32,000 bases of DNA from Candidatus Brocadia sp. (GTDB lineage Bacteria; Planctomycetota; Brocadiia; Brocadiales; Brocadiaceae). Each line of letters begins with the position of its first letter. Positions within the stretch are counted from its first letter, which is position 1. Shown here one piece after another: positions 16,746 to 24,955 of this stretch. The notes beneath the pieces were generated by a model. It worked only from the letters and a program-made list of their open reading frames with translations, had not been told where the DNA came from and made no database searches. The stretch covers positions 2,850,001 through 2,882,000 of the forward strand of contig CP091279.1 in the NCBI GenBank assembly GCA_021650915.1. The letters are read 5' to 3'. Made by a program: the position numbers and the translations under genes.

Positions 16746-18720
16746 GTGTGCGTAGAAGGATAGCGTATTCCCGTGAGGGGTATGACGGAGTTACGAGGTA
16801 CAGACGACCTTTTGGGGTGTATGAGTATGGCGTGTTAGTTCGTGCCAACTGCCCTTTCTCAGTGAAGCACTGACAATGTCCTTGTTGGAGATGTCAAAAA
16901 AAAAAAGACCTGGTGAAAACATCTCTGGATAATGCGTTTGAACATACATCACGAAGGGAAAAGGGGTAATTCATATGACCGGGGGAGGACTTACGTCTTG
17001 GGAAGAAATTCCCTAACAGCGAGGTATAAGGGAAATCCGAAATCCAAGCTGTATGAGATGGTGACGGACGACTGGCTCTCACAGGTCTGTCTTTGAAGTC
17101 GTCAGCAGTGCTCATAATAGTTTCTGGTGTGTACCAGGAATGAAGGGGCATAACCGTAGTGGAGTTGATGAAACGTGGTAGATTGAATACGTTCCATGAG
17201 AAAAGAGACTCTTTGCATGGGCAAGTAGTAGCAAGAGACTCTCTTGTTTTGCCTCTGTCAGGAGGAATCTCGACTCAGGAAACACGATTGACAAGTCTAT
17301 TATCCGGAATCAATCAAAAGGAACATATCGGGAGATGCTTAAGTATCATTCTTTAAGAGACAAGGTATTCAGTCTGAGAAACCTTTATGCGGCTTTTGGG
17401 CACGTAAAGAAGAATAAAGGCAAGGCTGGTCTCGACAGGGTAAGTATTAAGCAGTTTGAAAGTGACCTTGAGAATAATCTACAAGCTATTCACAAGGAAC
17501 TGAAAACCGCCATATACAACCCTGCGCCCGTCTTAAGGGTCTACATTCCCAAAGGCAGGCATGACAAGAGACCTCTTGGCATTCCCATTGTCAAGGACAG
17601 GGTAGTACAGCAGGCGTTCAGACAAATCATAGAGCCAATATTCGAGAAAGAATTCTCGGATAACAGCTTTGGATTTCGTCCAAACAGATGCTGTCATGAT
17701 GCTATCAAACGGATTGAACAGTATAAGCAGCAAGGGTATCGGAACATTTTGGACGCCGATATAAAGGCGTTCTATGATACCATACCTCACAAGCTTATCA
17801 TGAACTCCTTGCGTGAGAAAATTGCTGACGGATGGGTGTTGAACAGTATCGAGAACATGCTCAAGGCAGGGGTCATGGAGGACGGCATCGTGCATGAGAC
17901 AAATCAAGGCACTCCGCAAGGAGGCGTCATATCTCCCTTGCTTGCAAACCTTATCGGTGACATCATCGACAAGGAGCTTGAAAAGGCAGGATATAAATTT
18001 GTCCGCTATGCCGATGACTTCGTTGTCATGACTAAAACGAAAGAAGAACTCCCTGCCGCCCTTCAGTACGTCAAGGAAATCATCGAAGGGAAACTTGAAA
18101 TGAAGCTGAACGAGGATAAAACCAGGCTCACCAACTTCAAACGAGGCTTCCGGTTTCTCGGATATAATTTCATGGGCAAGAACAAGGGTGTAAGCATGAA
18201 ATCCCTGGACAAACTCAAGGACGCCGTCAGGGACATCACCAAACGCACACAAGGCGTCAACCTGCAAGCCGTCATTGATACATTAAATCCTGTCATAAGG
18301 GGACATGTCAACTATTTTCGGCTGGGCAATGTACAAACGGTATATCGCTCGTCAGACTGCTGGGTACGCATGAGACTGAGAAGTTTCAAGTTTTCGAGAA
18401 AATGGAAAACTGACAACAAACGTTTCCCGGTACACCGATTCTTTAAGATGGGGTTACTCTCATTTGAAAGAGAATTTCTTAAGGCACGTGCAAAGGCATG
18501 ATAGGTTACTTTTCTCTGCTCCAGAGCAACACTATGGGGTCACTAACTACGGGAAAGCCGTATGGTTTAAAAGGATACTTTGTCACGTTGTCCAAAGTAT
18601 CTGGCGACGATTGGGGGTTGGAGGCGGTTCGCCTCCTTCCTACCAGCTGAAAGGGAAAAACATCCTTATTTGGCTGAGTATAGCGGTTCATGACAATGTG
18701 AGTACCCTCTGTAGTCGGTA
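16746..18720 (+). mobile_element. Group II intron (bacterial, En-less RT type); both boundaries approximate
   Basis: An RT/maturase ORF is flanked by about 590 nt of upstream and 220 nt of downstream non-coding, hairpin-rich sequence. GUGUG/GUGCG motifs at 16746..16752 are candidate 5' ends. A domain-V-like hairpin lies at 18644..18676: CAGCUGAAAGGGA-loop-UCCUU-a-UUUGGCUG, with an AGC triad and a 3'-strand bulge. Domain VI and the 3' end are not resolved by eye. Confidence 0.6.
17335..18501 (+). CDS. Group II intron-encoded reverse transcriptase/maturase (no endonuclease domain)
   Basis: ORF track, 388 aa. RT blocks NKGKAGLDRVSI, RVYIPKGRHDKRPLGIPIVKDRVVQQA, FGFRPNRCCHDA, QGTPQGGVISPLLAN and YADDFVVM. 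Maturase X motif LNPVIRGHVNYFRLG. Confidence 0.9.
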   Translation: MLKYHSLRDKVFSLRNLYAAFGHVKKNKGKAGLDRVSIKQFESDLENNLQAIHKELKTAIYNPAPVLRVYIPKGRHDKRPLGIPIVKDRVVQQAFRQIIEPIFEKEFSDNSFGFRPNRCCHDAIKRIEQYKQQGYRNILDADIKAFYDTIPHKLIMNSLREKIADGWVLNSIENMLKAGVMEDGIVHETNQGTPQGGVISPLLANLIGDIIDKELEKAGYKFVRYADDFVVMTKTKEELPAALQYVKEIIEGKLEMKLNEDKTRLTNFKRGFRFLGYNFMGKNKGVSMKSLDKLKDAVRDITKRTQGVNLQAVIDTLNPVIRGHVNYFRLGNVQTVYRSSDCWVRMRLRSFKFSRKWKTDNKRFPVHRFFKMGLLSFEREFLKARAKA

Positions 18721-18778
18721 ATTGAATATCAATCAAATGTAATATTTATGCAAGTACCTGTTTCATCGTACTTGATTG

Positions 18779-19594
18779 TCAATTTTTCAGCATAATTCCT
18801 GCCCCGAATCTTCCTGTTCCGGTATTGTGATGGCGGTAAGAAAAGAACAGGGTGTGATTACACTGAGTACAGATGCGAGCAATTTCAATATTCTTTTCCG
18901 GAATACCCATGTGTATCAGTTGACGCTTGTTGGCTTCCCAGAGATTGAAATGCCTCTTACCCAAGGTATTCTCATTCCGGAGATAGGTATTTTCATATCC
19001 GAAAACCTTCCTGATTTCAGCAGTCGTTTCCGGGCCAATCTCATAGCAGCAAGGTCCAATCGATGGCCCAACGCCCACAAGGATATCATCTGGTGAGCAG
19101 CAGAATTTTTCCATGAATACCTTAATGGTATTTTGTGCTATCATGCGAAGCGTTCCTCTCCATCCTGCATGGGCAACCCCTATTACCTTTCTCTTTGTAT
19201 CGAAGAAGAGAAAAGGGACACAATCTGCCTGGAGAACCATAAGACAAATCTGAGGAATATTCGTTATCATAGCATCGGCATCGCTTATGGCCGTACTCTC
19301 CTGAAACGCACCACTGCCTCGCAAATCTTCTGTAATAATCTTTACGTTACCCCCGTGAACCTGCCTTGCAAAAGTAAAATTATCCAGGGGAATCCCAACG
19401 GATACGGCAAGCCGTTGGCGGTTCTTATGCACGGTTTCCGGATTGTCGCCAACATGAAATCCTAAATTAAGGGAGTCGTAGGGCCACCTGCTGAGGCCGC
19501 CTGTTCTCGATGAAACAAAATGCTGTATTTCTTTATCGTGCAACAGATTTTGAAAAAACCACAAAGGTAACGCACCCGTTTCCTGCTGAATCAT
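18779..19594 (-). CDS. pgeF: YfiH/PgeF family protein (DUF152; purine nucleoside phosphorylase / peptidoglycan editing factor family)
   Basis: ORF track, 271 aa. The conserved His-Cys-His contexts are present: ARQVHG, LQADCVP and VAHAGWRG. Confidence 0.82.
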   Translation of the reverse strand: MIQQETGALPLWFFQNLLHDKEIQHFVSSRTGGLSRWPYDSLNLGFHVGDNPETVHKNRQRLAVSVGIPLDNFTFARQVHGGNVKIITEDLRGSGAFQESTAISDADAMITNIPQICLMVLQADCVPFLFFDTKRKVIGVAHAGWRGTLRMIAQNTIKVFMEKFCCSPDDILVGVGPSIGPCCYEIGPETTAEIRKVFGYENTYLRNENTLGKRHFNLWEANKRQLIHMGIPEKNIEIARICTQCNHTLFFSYRHHNTGTGRFGAGIMLKN

Positions 19595-19611
19595 AGGATC
19601 AAATACCGTTC

Positions 19612-19653
19612 TGAAAAAACATGGGCGTTGAGCTCATCAAGCCCAACGCCCAT
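19612..19653 (-). terminator. Rho-independent terminator after the first glnK
   Basis: Minus strand reads ATGGGCGTTG-(13-nt loop)-CAACGCCCAT, a 10-bp GC-rich stem, followed immediately by GTTTTTTC. It lies 32 nt after the PII stop. Confidence 0.7.
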
Positions 19654-19684
19654 CATGCCATAGGAAAAAGGAGAACCCGCAGCG

Positions 19685-20035
<351 letters not shown>

Positions 20036-20051
20036 TCAAAAGTGAGCATGC

Positions 20052-20076
20052 CCTGATTCATGAGCAATGAATCAGG
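20052..20076 (-). promoter_or_regulatory. Intercistronic hairpin between amt and glnK
   Basis: CCTGATTCAT-(5 nt)-ATGAATCAGG, a perfect 10-bp stem. On the mRNA a short CTTTT run begins 9 nt after the stem, just before the glnK SD. Confidence 0.4.
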
Positions 20077-20110
20077 ACATCGTATCCTAAAGGTACAGTA
20101 CCATGGGTTA

Positions 20111-21451
20111 TTATGTGCTTTCGGTCTCATAGTGGTGATAAGCAATTTCTTTATGCTGCGAAATATCCATACCAGCAACTTCCTCCGACTCGCTTGGTCT
20201 CAAACCCATAATTGCATGCACAAACCAGCCTAACAGCGTTGTTATCCCGAAAGACCATGCCCATGCAGCAATGATACCGATCCACTGTTTCCCAACAATA
20301 GCAACATTACCGTAGATAAGGCCATCAACCCCGGCTGGATTTACCGCCGTGCTGCAAAAGATCCCTGTAGCAAATGCCCCCCAGGTTCCGCCCATCGCAT
20401 GCACACCAATAACGTCAAGGGCGTCATCATAACCCAGGGTCTTCTTCATTTTTGTTACACAGTAAAAACAGACAAGCCCTCCGCCGACACCTATGGCAAT
20501 CGACGCCATGGGGCCGACAAAACCTGATGCCGGTGTAATGGCAACCAGACCAGCTACGGCGCCAGAGCAAGCGCCAAGGATCGTTGGCTTCTTGTGGTGT
20601 ATCCATTCCAGGACAGACCAGGTAAATCCGGCTGCGGCTGCTGAGGTGTTAGTAACGACAAAGGCGCTTGCGGCGAGCCCATCGGCAGCCACCGCGCTAC
20701 CCGCATTAAAGCCGAACCAACCAAACCACAGTAAACCGGTACCCAGCATCATGAAAGGCAAATTATGCGGCGGTTTTATTTCTTTCGGAAAACCCTTCCG
20801 TTTCCCCACAAGCATCATCACTGCAGCGCCCGATGCGCCAGAGCAAATATGCACAACGGTTCCCCCGGCAAAATCCAGCGCCCCCAATTTAAACAGCCAA
20901 CCATCCGGAGCCCACACCCAATGAGCCATAGGTGCATAGACTGCTGCCGTCCACAAGAGCACCAATAATAGCCAGGCGTTAAATTTAAACCGTTCAGCAA
21001 AGGTTCCCGTCATCAATGCCGGCGTAATAATGGCAAACATACATTGAAACGTCATAAATGTAAGATGGGGTATCGTTGTTGCGTAAATATCACTCGGCGC
21101 CTGACCAACCGTGCCTGCCCCCAATCCACACCACTGGAGACCGCCAATAAACCAACCCCCCGGAGCAAAAGAAAGACTATAGCCATACAGCACCCACTGC
21201 ACACTCACAATGCACATAACAATAAAACTCAGCCACATCGTATTCACCATATTCTTCGCACGCACCATGCCCCCGTAAAACAAGGCAAGACCGGGTGTCA
21301 TAATCAGAACCAGCGCCGATGACGTGAGCAACCACGCATTGTTTCCCTTATCAATTTGCGGTGCATCCTGTGCCAATGCGTTTGATGCAAAGAGCATTAT
21401 CATCGACACTGCAAAAATCGATGACACACCTAAAAAGGCCCCTTTTCTCAT
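20111..21451 (-). CDS. amt: Ammonium transporter, AmtB-type, with signal-peptide-like N-terminus
   Basis: ORF track 20111..21490. The internal ATG at 21451 is preceded by AAAAGGAGAGG. N-terminus MRKGAFLGVSSIFAVSMIMLFASNALAQDAP. Twin-His contexts DFAGGTVVHICSG and DVIGVHAMGG. Confidence 0.9.
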   Translation of the reverse strand: MRKGAFLGVSSIFAVSMIMLFASNALAQDAPQIDKGNNAWLLTSSALVLIMTPGLALFYGGMVRAKNMVNTMWLSFIVMCIVSVQWVLYGYSLSFAPGGWFIGGLQWCGLGAGTVGQAPSDIYATTIPHLTFMTFQCMFAIITPALMTGTFAERFKFNAWLLLVLLWTAAVYAPMAHWVWAPDGWLFKLGALDFAGGTVVHICSGASGAAVMMLVGKRKGFPKEIKPPHNLPFMMLGTGLLWFGWFGFNAGSAVAADGLAASAFVVTNTSAAAAGFTWSVLEWIHHKKPTILGACSGAVAGLVAITPASGFVGPMASIAIGVGGGLVCFYCVTKMKKTLGYDDALDVIGVHAMGGTWGAFATGIFCSTAVNPAGVDGLIYGNVAIVGKQWIGIIAAWAWSFGITTLLGWFVHAIMGLRPSESEEVAGMDISQHKEIAYHHYETEST

Positions 21452-21615
21452 AAACCTCTCCTTTTTAAAGTTTTTAATTACTTTTTTCATCCCAAATCGT
21501 AGGTAACCAAACAGCGTTCAACAGATACTTTCATTACCACAAACCACAGAACAGAACCTTTCGTATCAATCATCTCATCCTACCACCTCCCTCCTTATTT
21601 AAAAATGAGGCAATC

Positions 21616-22560
21616 CTACTTCCCATAGGGTCTAAGCTTTATTTCCCACAAATAGCTGGCTAAGCTATCCAGGTCTTTTTGGAGAAACAGGGATGGCTCT
21701 TTTTCTTTCATCCGGTCAACAATACTCTTGCATCTCCGCTTTGTATATAACAATGAAACATCCGCCATCTTTGATGGATTATGGCAGGGCACGCAGTTGT
21801 TCATATACACACCCTCCGCAAAAGCAGCAACATCTTTTGTTCCAATCTCTTTTAATGATTTAAACTCAGAGAGTTTGCCCTTGTCTATCTCACCTTTTTG
21901 ATATTTTTTAAAAAGATCAATTATCTTCTGTTCGTCAGGGGTAAACCTTTCTTCGTTTCCCATCTGCAGTCTGTTGAATGCATGCAATATATCTTCCTCT
22001 ACCCAATTTTCATGAGAAAATATATATTCTAAAATATGACACTGCCCGCACTTCTTTTTCAAAGTTATTTCCATTTCTTCTTCTGAATGAATAACCGAGT
22101 GCGGCATGCCCTTGTAATCAGTATTCAACGAAATCAACAGTTTGGCATCTGTTGGAGAACCAATTATGGTTACCCCATCGGCCAAAGCAATGTAAGACAT
22201 AAATCCTAAAAAACTTTTTTCCCGACCGATCTCAATCTCGGCATTATCTGTATAATAGAAAATACGGCGCGCTGTTTCATCGTATACGATTTCTTTCGGC
22301 AGTAAATATGACATCTCTTTATATCTCTTGTGGTTGGTAATATTCCTGGCGCCTTCATCAAGTACTATCTGAATATAAATCCTCTTGTCTTTGACAAGTA
22401 ACGTTTTTTTCCGCACGATAGCATCTTTGACATCCATCGCATGGTCCTGTCTTTCTAAGACCCCATTAACGATAAAGTTTTGTGAAAATACCGGAAGAGA
22501 TAAAGGTCCAAGCAGGAAAGATATTGCCACCGGAAAAAAATGAAAATGATATTTAAGCAT
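21616..22560 (-). CDS. Secreted dihaem c-type cytochrome with an uncharacterised ~170-aa N-terminal domain
   Basis: ORF track, 314 aa. Hydrophobic N-terminal signal-like segment FFPVAISFLLGPLSLPVFSQN. Two CxxCH haem-binding motifs (CGQCH, CVPCH). I recognise no family for residues ~30-170. Confidence 0.7.
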   Translation of the reverse strand: MLKYHFHFFPVAISFLLGPLSLPVFSQNFIVNGVLERQDHAMDVKDAIVRKKTLLVKDKRIYIQIVLDEGARNITNHKRYKEMSYLLPKEIVYDETARRIFYYTDNAEIEIGREKSFLGFMSYIALADGVTIIGSPTDAKLLISLNTDYKGMPHSVIHSEEEMEITLKKKCGQCHILEYIFSHENWVEEDILHAFNRLQMGNEERFTPDEQKIIDLFKKYQKGEIDKGKLSEFKSLKEIGTKDVAAFAEGVYMNNCVPCHNPSKMADVSLLYTKRRCKSIVDRMKEKEPSLFLQKDLDSLASYLWEIKLRPYGK

Positions 22561-22956
22561 GAAAGCTTCCCTTATTTAAGACACTGTCTGACATCCGAGA
22601 AACCAGACATACACCCTGTTGTCGTAATAATAACTGCGAGAACACGACAAAAATTTCATTTTCCTCTATCTTTTACAGCGATACCAAACAACAAGTAGCA
22701 CATTACAAACCAAAACGAATTATCATGTATTATAAATTTAGTAATTCATTTTATTGAAAATTGTTACGACTTATTTTAAAACAAAATAAACAATCTTGTA
22801 TCATATTTGCTGTTGATTTTTCTTGGTTGATTTGAGCCAAACATTGTTCGCCTTATAAAACAGTGCCGGATTCAATTTCTACCGACTATCTTTTGCTTGA
22901 TATCAACGGGGGACGAAGATGCAACAAGGGCATTCTTAAAAGGAACTTCATTTTGA

Positions 22957-22983
22957 AAAAGGCTCATGCGAACAAAGCCTTTT
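22957..22983 (-). terminator. Possible terminator hairpin downstream of the middle amt
   Basis: AAAAGGCT-(11 nt)-AGCCTTTT, an 8-bp stem whose 3' arm ends in a T-run on either strand. It lies about 125 nt after the amt stop. Confidence 0.4.
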
Positions 22984-23107
22984 AAATTACGGAAAGAAAT
23001 GAGAGGCGCGCTGAATTTGTTACTACCAAAACCGAAACAAAAACATTTGACAAATTACACAATATAGTTCAATTCTGAATTTTTCGATATATCAAAACGA
23101 TGAAAGA

Positions 23108-24481
23108 TTACATTCCCGGATAGCAACTCGTACCGTGCTCATAAACATCTATACCACTGCGTTCTACATTAACTGGAACCCGAAGACCAACCGTTCGTTT
23201 TAAAACAAAGAAAAAAAGGAAACCAACAGAAAAACACCATGCTATCAGAGTAATACAGGAGATAAACTGTGCGAGCAACTGCCATCCGGAACCAACAATC
23301 AGCCCCTTTACCCCTCCATACGTTCCGTCAGAAAAGATACCCACTGAAAGCAAACCCCAGAGTCCATTTGCTCCATGCACAGAAACGGCGCCAACCGGGT
23401 CATCAATTTTTAATTTGGTTTCGATAGTATAAAGAGAAATGCGTGTGATTAATGCGGCAACAATTCCGATAATGATCGCAGCCCAGGGCGGTACGTATGC
23501 GCCAGATGCCGTGATTGCAACACAACCTGCCAACGCACCATTACAGGTCATGATAATATCCGATTTTTTTGTAATACGAAAGGAAAGATAGAGAAGGGTA
23601 ACGGCGCCTGATGCGGCAGCCAAAAAAGTATTTACGGCTATGATAGACACCCGGAGATCTGTTACCGCAAGGGTACTCCCCGCATTAAACCCAAACCATC
23701 CGAAGATCAGGGTAAGGGTGCCAATTACGATATAGAGCAGATTGTGGCCATGAATGACATTGGGGCTTCCATCGGGATTATATTTTCCATATCTTGGCCC
23801 AATCATCCACGCTGCAATAAATGCCGTTAAACCACCTACTCCATGCACTAACCCTGAGCCGGCAAAATCCCTGGAGCCCACGCCAAATGGCAGCAATTCC
23901 AGCCATCCCTTCCCCCACATCCAATGTCCGAATACAGGATAAAGCACCCCGCATACAAAAACGCTGTAAATGATGTGTGCATGAAATTTAAATCGTTCTG
24001 CCACAGCGCCCGTTACAATGGTGCATGAAGTGGCAGCAAACATAATCTGAAACATCCACAGCACTGCCGTTGATACGTCATAGGAATCACCAAGCAGCAA
24101 AAATCCGCTATAGCCAATAAAGCGGTTCCCCCACGACAGACCGGGCGCCAGTCCGGAACCGCCAAACATCAGACCAAAACCAATGAGCCAAAAAACCAAT
24201 GCCCCGACACAAAAATCGATAAAGCTCATGGAAAGGTAATTGAGCGTATTCTTCTTCTGCATAAAGCCTGCGCCAAGAAAGGTAAAGCCGGCCTGCATAT
24301 TGAACACCAAAAAAGCGCTGAGTAAAGTCCATGCAAAGTTTACGGAGAATTTTAATCCCTGTATGCTTTCGGAATAGGTATCGGCGCCGCCAGGATCTCC
24401 GGCAAACACCTGGCGGAACAAAAAAAATCCTATTCCGCTGATAAAAACAAGGATAAAGATAAGGGTGCGCATTTTCAACAT
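23108..24481 (-). CDS. amt: Ammonium transporter (Amt family), paralog of the 516-aa copy
   Basis: ORF track 23108..24529. The likely start is MLKMRTLIF (24481) or MRTLIF (24472). Motifs DFAGSGLVHGVGG, DDPVGAVSVHGANG and C-terminal ERSGIDVYEHG. Confidence 0.9.
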   Translation of the reverse strand: MLKMRTLIFILVFISGIGFFLFRQVFAGDPGGADTYSESIQGLKFSVNFAWTLLSAFLVFNMQAGFTFLGAGFMQKKNTLNYLSMSFIDFCVGALVFWLIGFGLMFGGSGLAPGLSWGNRFIGYSGFLLLGDSYDVSTAVLWMFQIMFAATSCTIVTGAVAERFKFHAHIIYSVFVCGVLYPVFGHWMWGKGWLELLPFGVGSRDFAGSGLVHGVGGLTAFIAAWMIGPRYGKYNPDGSPNVIHGHNLLYIVIGTLTLIFGWFGFNAGSTLAVTDLRVSIIAVNTFLAAASGAVTLLYLSFRITKKSDIIMTCNGALAGCVAITASGAYVPPWAAIIIGIVAALITRISLYTIETKLKIDDPVGAVSVHGANGLWGLLSVGIFSDGTYGGVKGLIVGSGWQLLAQFISCITLIAWCFSVGFLFFFVLKRTVGLRVPVNVERSGIDVYEHGTSCYPGM

Positions 24482-24505
24482 GATGACTTCATAAAAAGTG
24501 CAGAC

Positions 24506-24530
24506 ATTGTCCCGCGTTCCACGGGACAAT
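24506..24530 (-). promoter_or_regulatory. Intercistronic hairpin between glnK and amt
   Basis: ATTGTCCCG-(7 nt)-CGGGACAAT, a perfect 9-bp stem. On the mRNA a TTTTT run begins 9 nt after the stem, upstream of the amt start. Confidence 0.4.
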
Positions 24531-24561
24531 ATCTGCTAAAAAGTTGCCTGAACCACGTAAC

Positions 24562-24900
24562 TTAAACCGCAGTATCGCCAGACTCTTTTGTGCGGATACG
24601 ATATACGTTTTCTACATTGAAAACAAATATCTTTCCGTCGCCGATACTCCCGGTTTGAGCCTCGTTAATAATAGTATTAACAATCTTTTCCACATCGGTA
24701 TCCTTAACGGTAATCTCGACCTTGATTTTTGAAAGCAGGTCAACTCTGTACCGCCTTCCACGCCACACCTCGCTGATACCCTTCTGGCTGCCGTGTCCCT
24801 TTACTTCGGTAACGGTCATCCCCGGATAACCCAATTCCGTCAGGGCATCCCTGACAATGTTAAACTTCTCCGGCCTTATTATTGCTTCTATTTTTTTCAT
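24562..24900 (-). CDS. glnK: PII nitrogen regulatory protein (GlnK/GlnB family) with Tyr51 retained
   Basis: ORF track 24562..24912. [10 protein letters not shown] starts at 24900 with GGAGAAAGG just upstream. The T-loop reads GHGSQKGISEVWRGRRY(51)[13 protein letters not shown] signature present. Confidence 0.9.
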   Translation of the reverse strand: MKKIEAIIRPEKFNIVRDALTELGYPGMTVTEVKGHGSQKGISEVWRGRRYRVDLLSKIKVEITVKDTDVEKIVNTIINEAQTGSIGDGKIFVFNVENVYRIRTKESGDTAV

Positions 24901-24955
24901 ACCTTTCTCCATTCATCAAAAATACCGTAAAACGACTCATTCTCACATGCAAGCT

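Noticed and set aside
17335-17351. The RT gene and the cytochrome c gene (22560..22544, minus strand) start with nearly the same 17 nt (ATGCTTAA[G/A]TATCATT; MLKYH)
   Set aside because: The similarity stops after 17 nt on both sides. It is treated as coincidence, not a shared mobile junction.
17533-18267. 244-aa minus-strand ORF
   Set aside because: It lies entirely antisense to the well-supported RT/maturase ORF and has no recognisable motifs. This is a typical shadow ORF.
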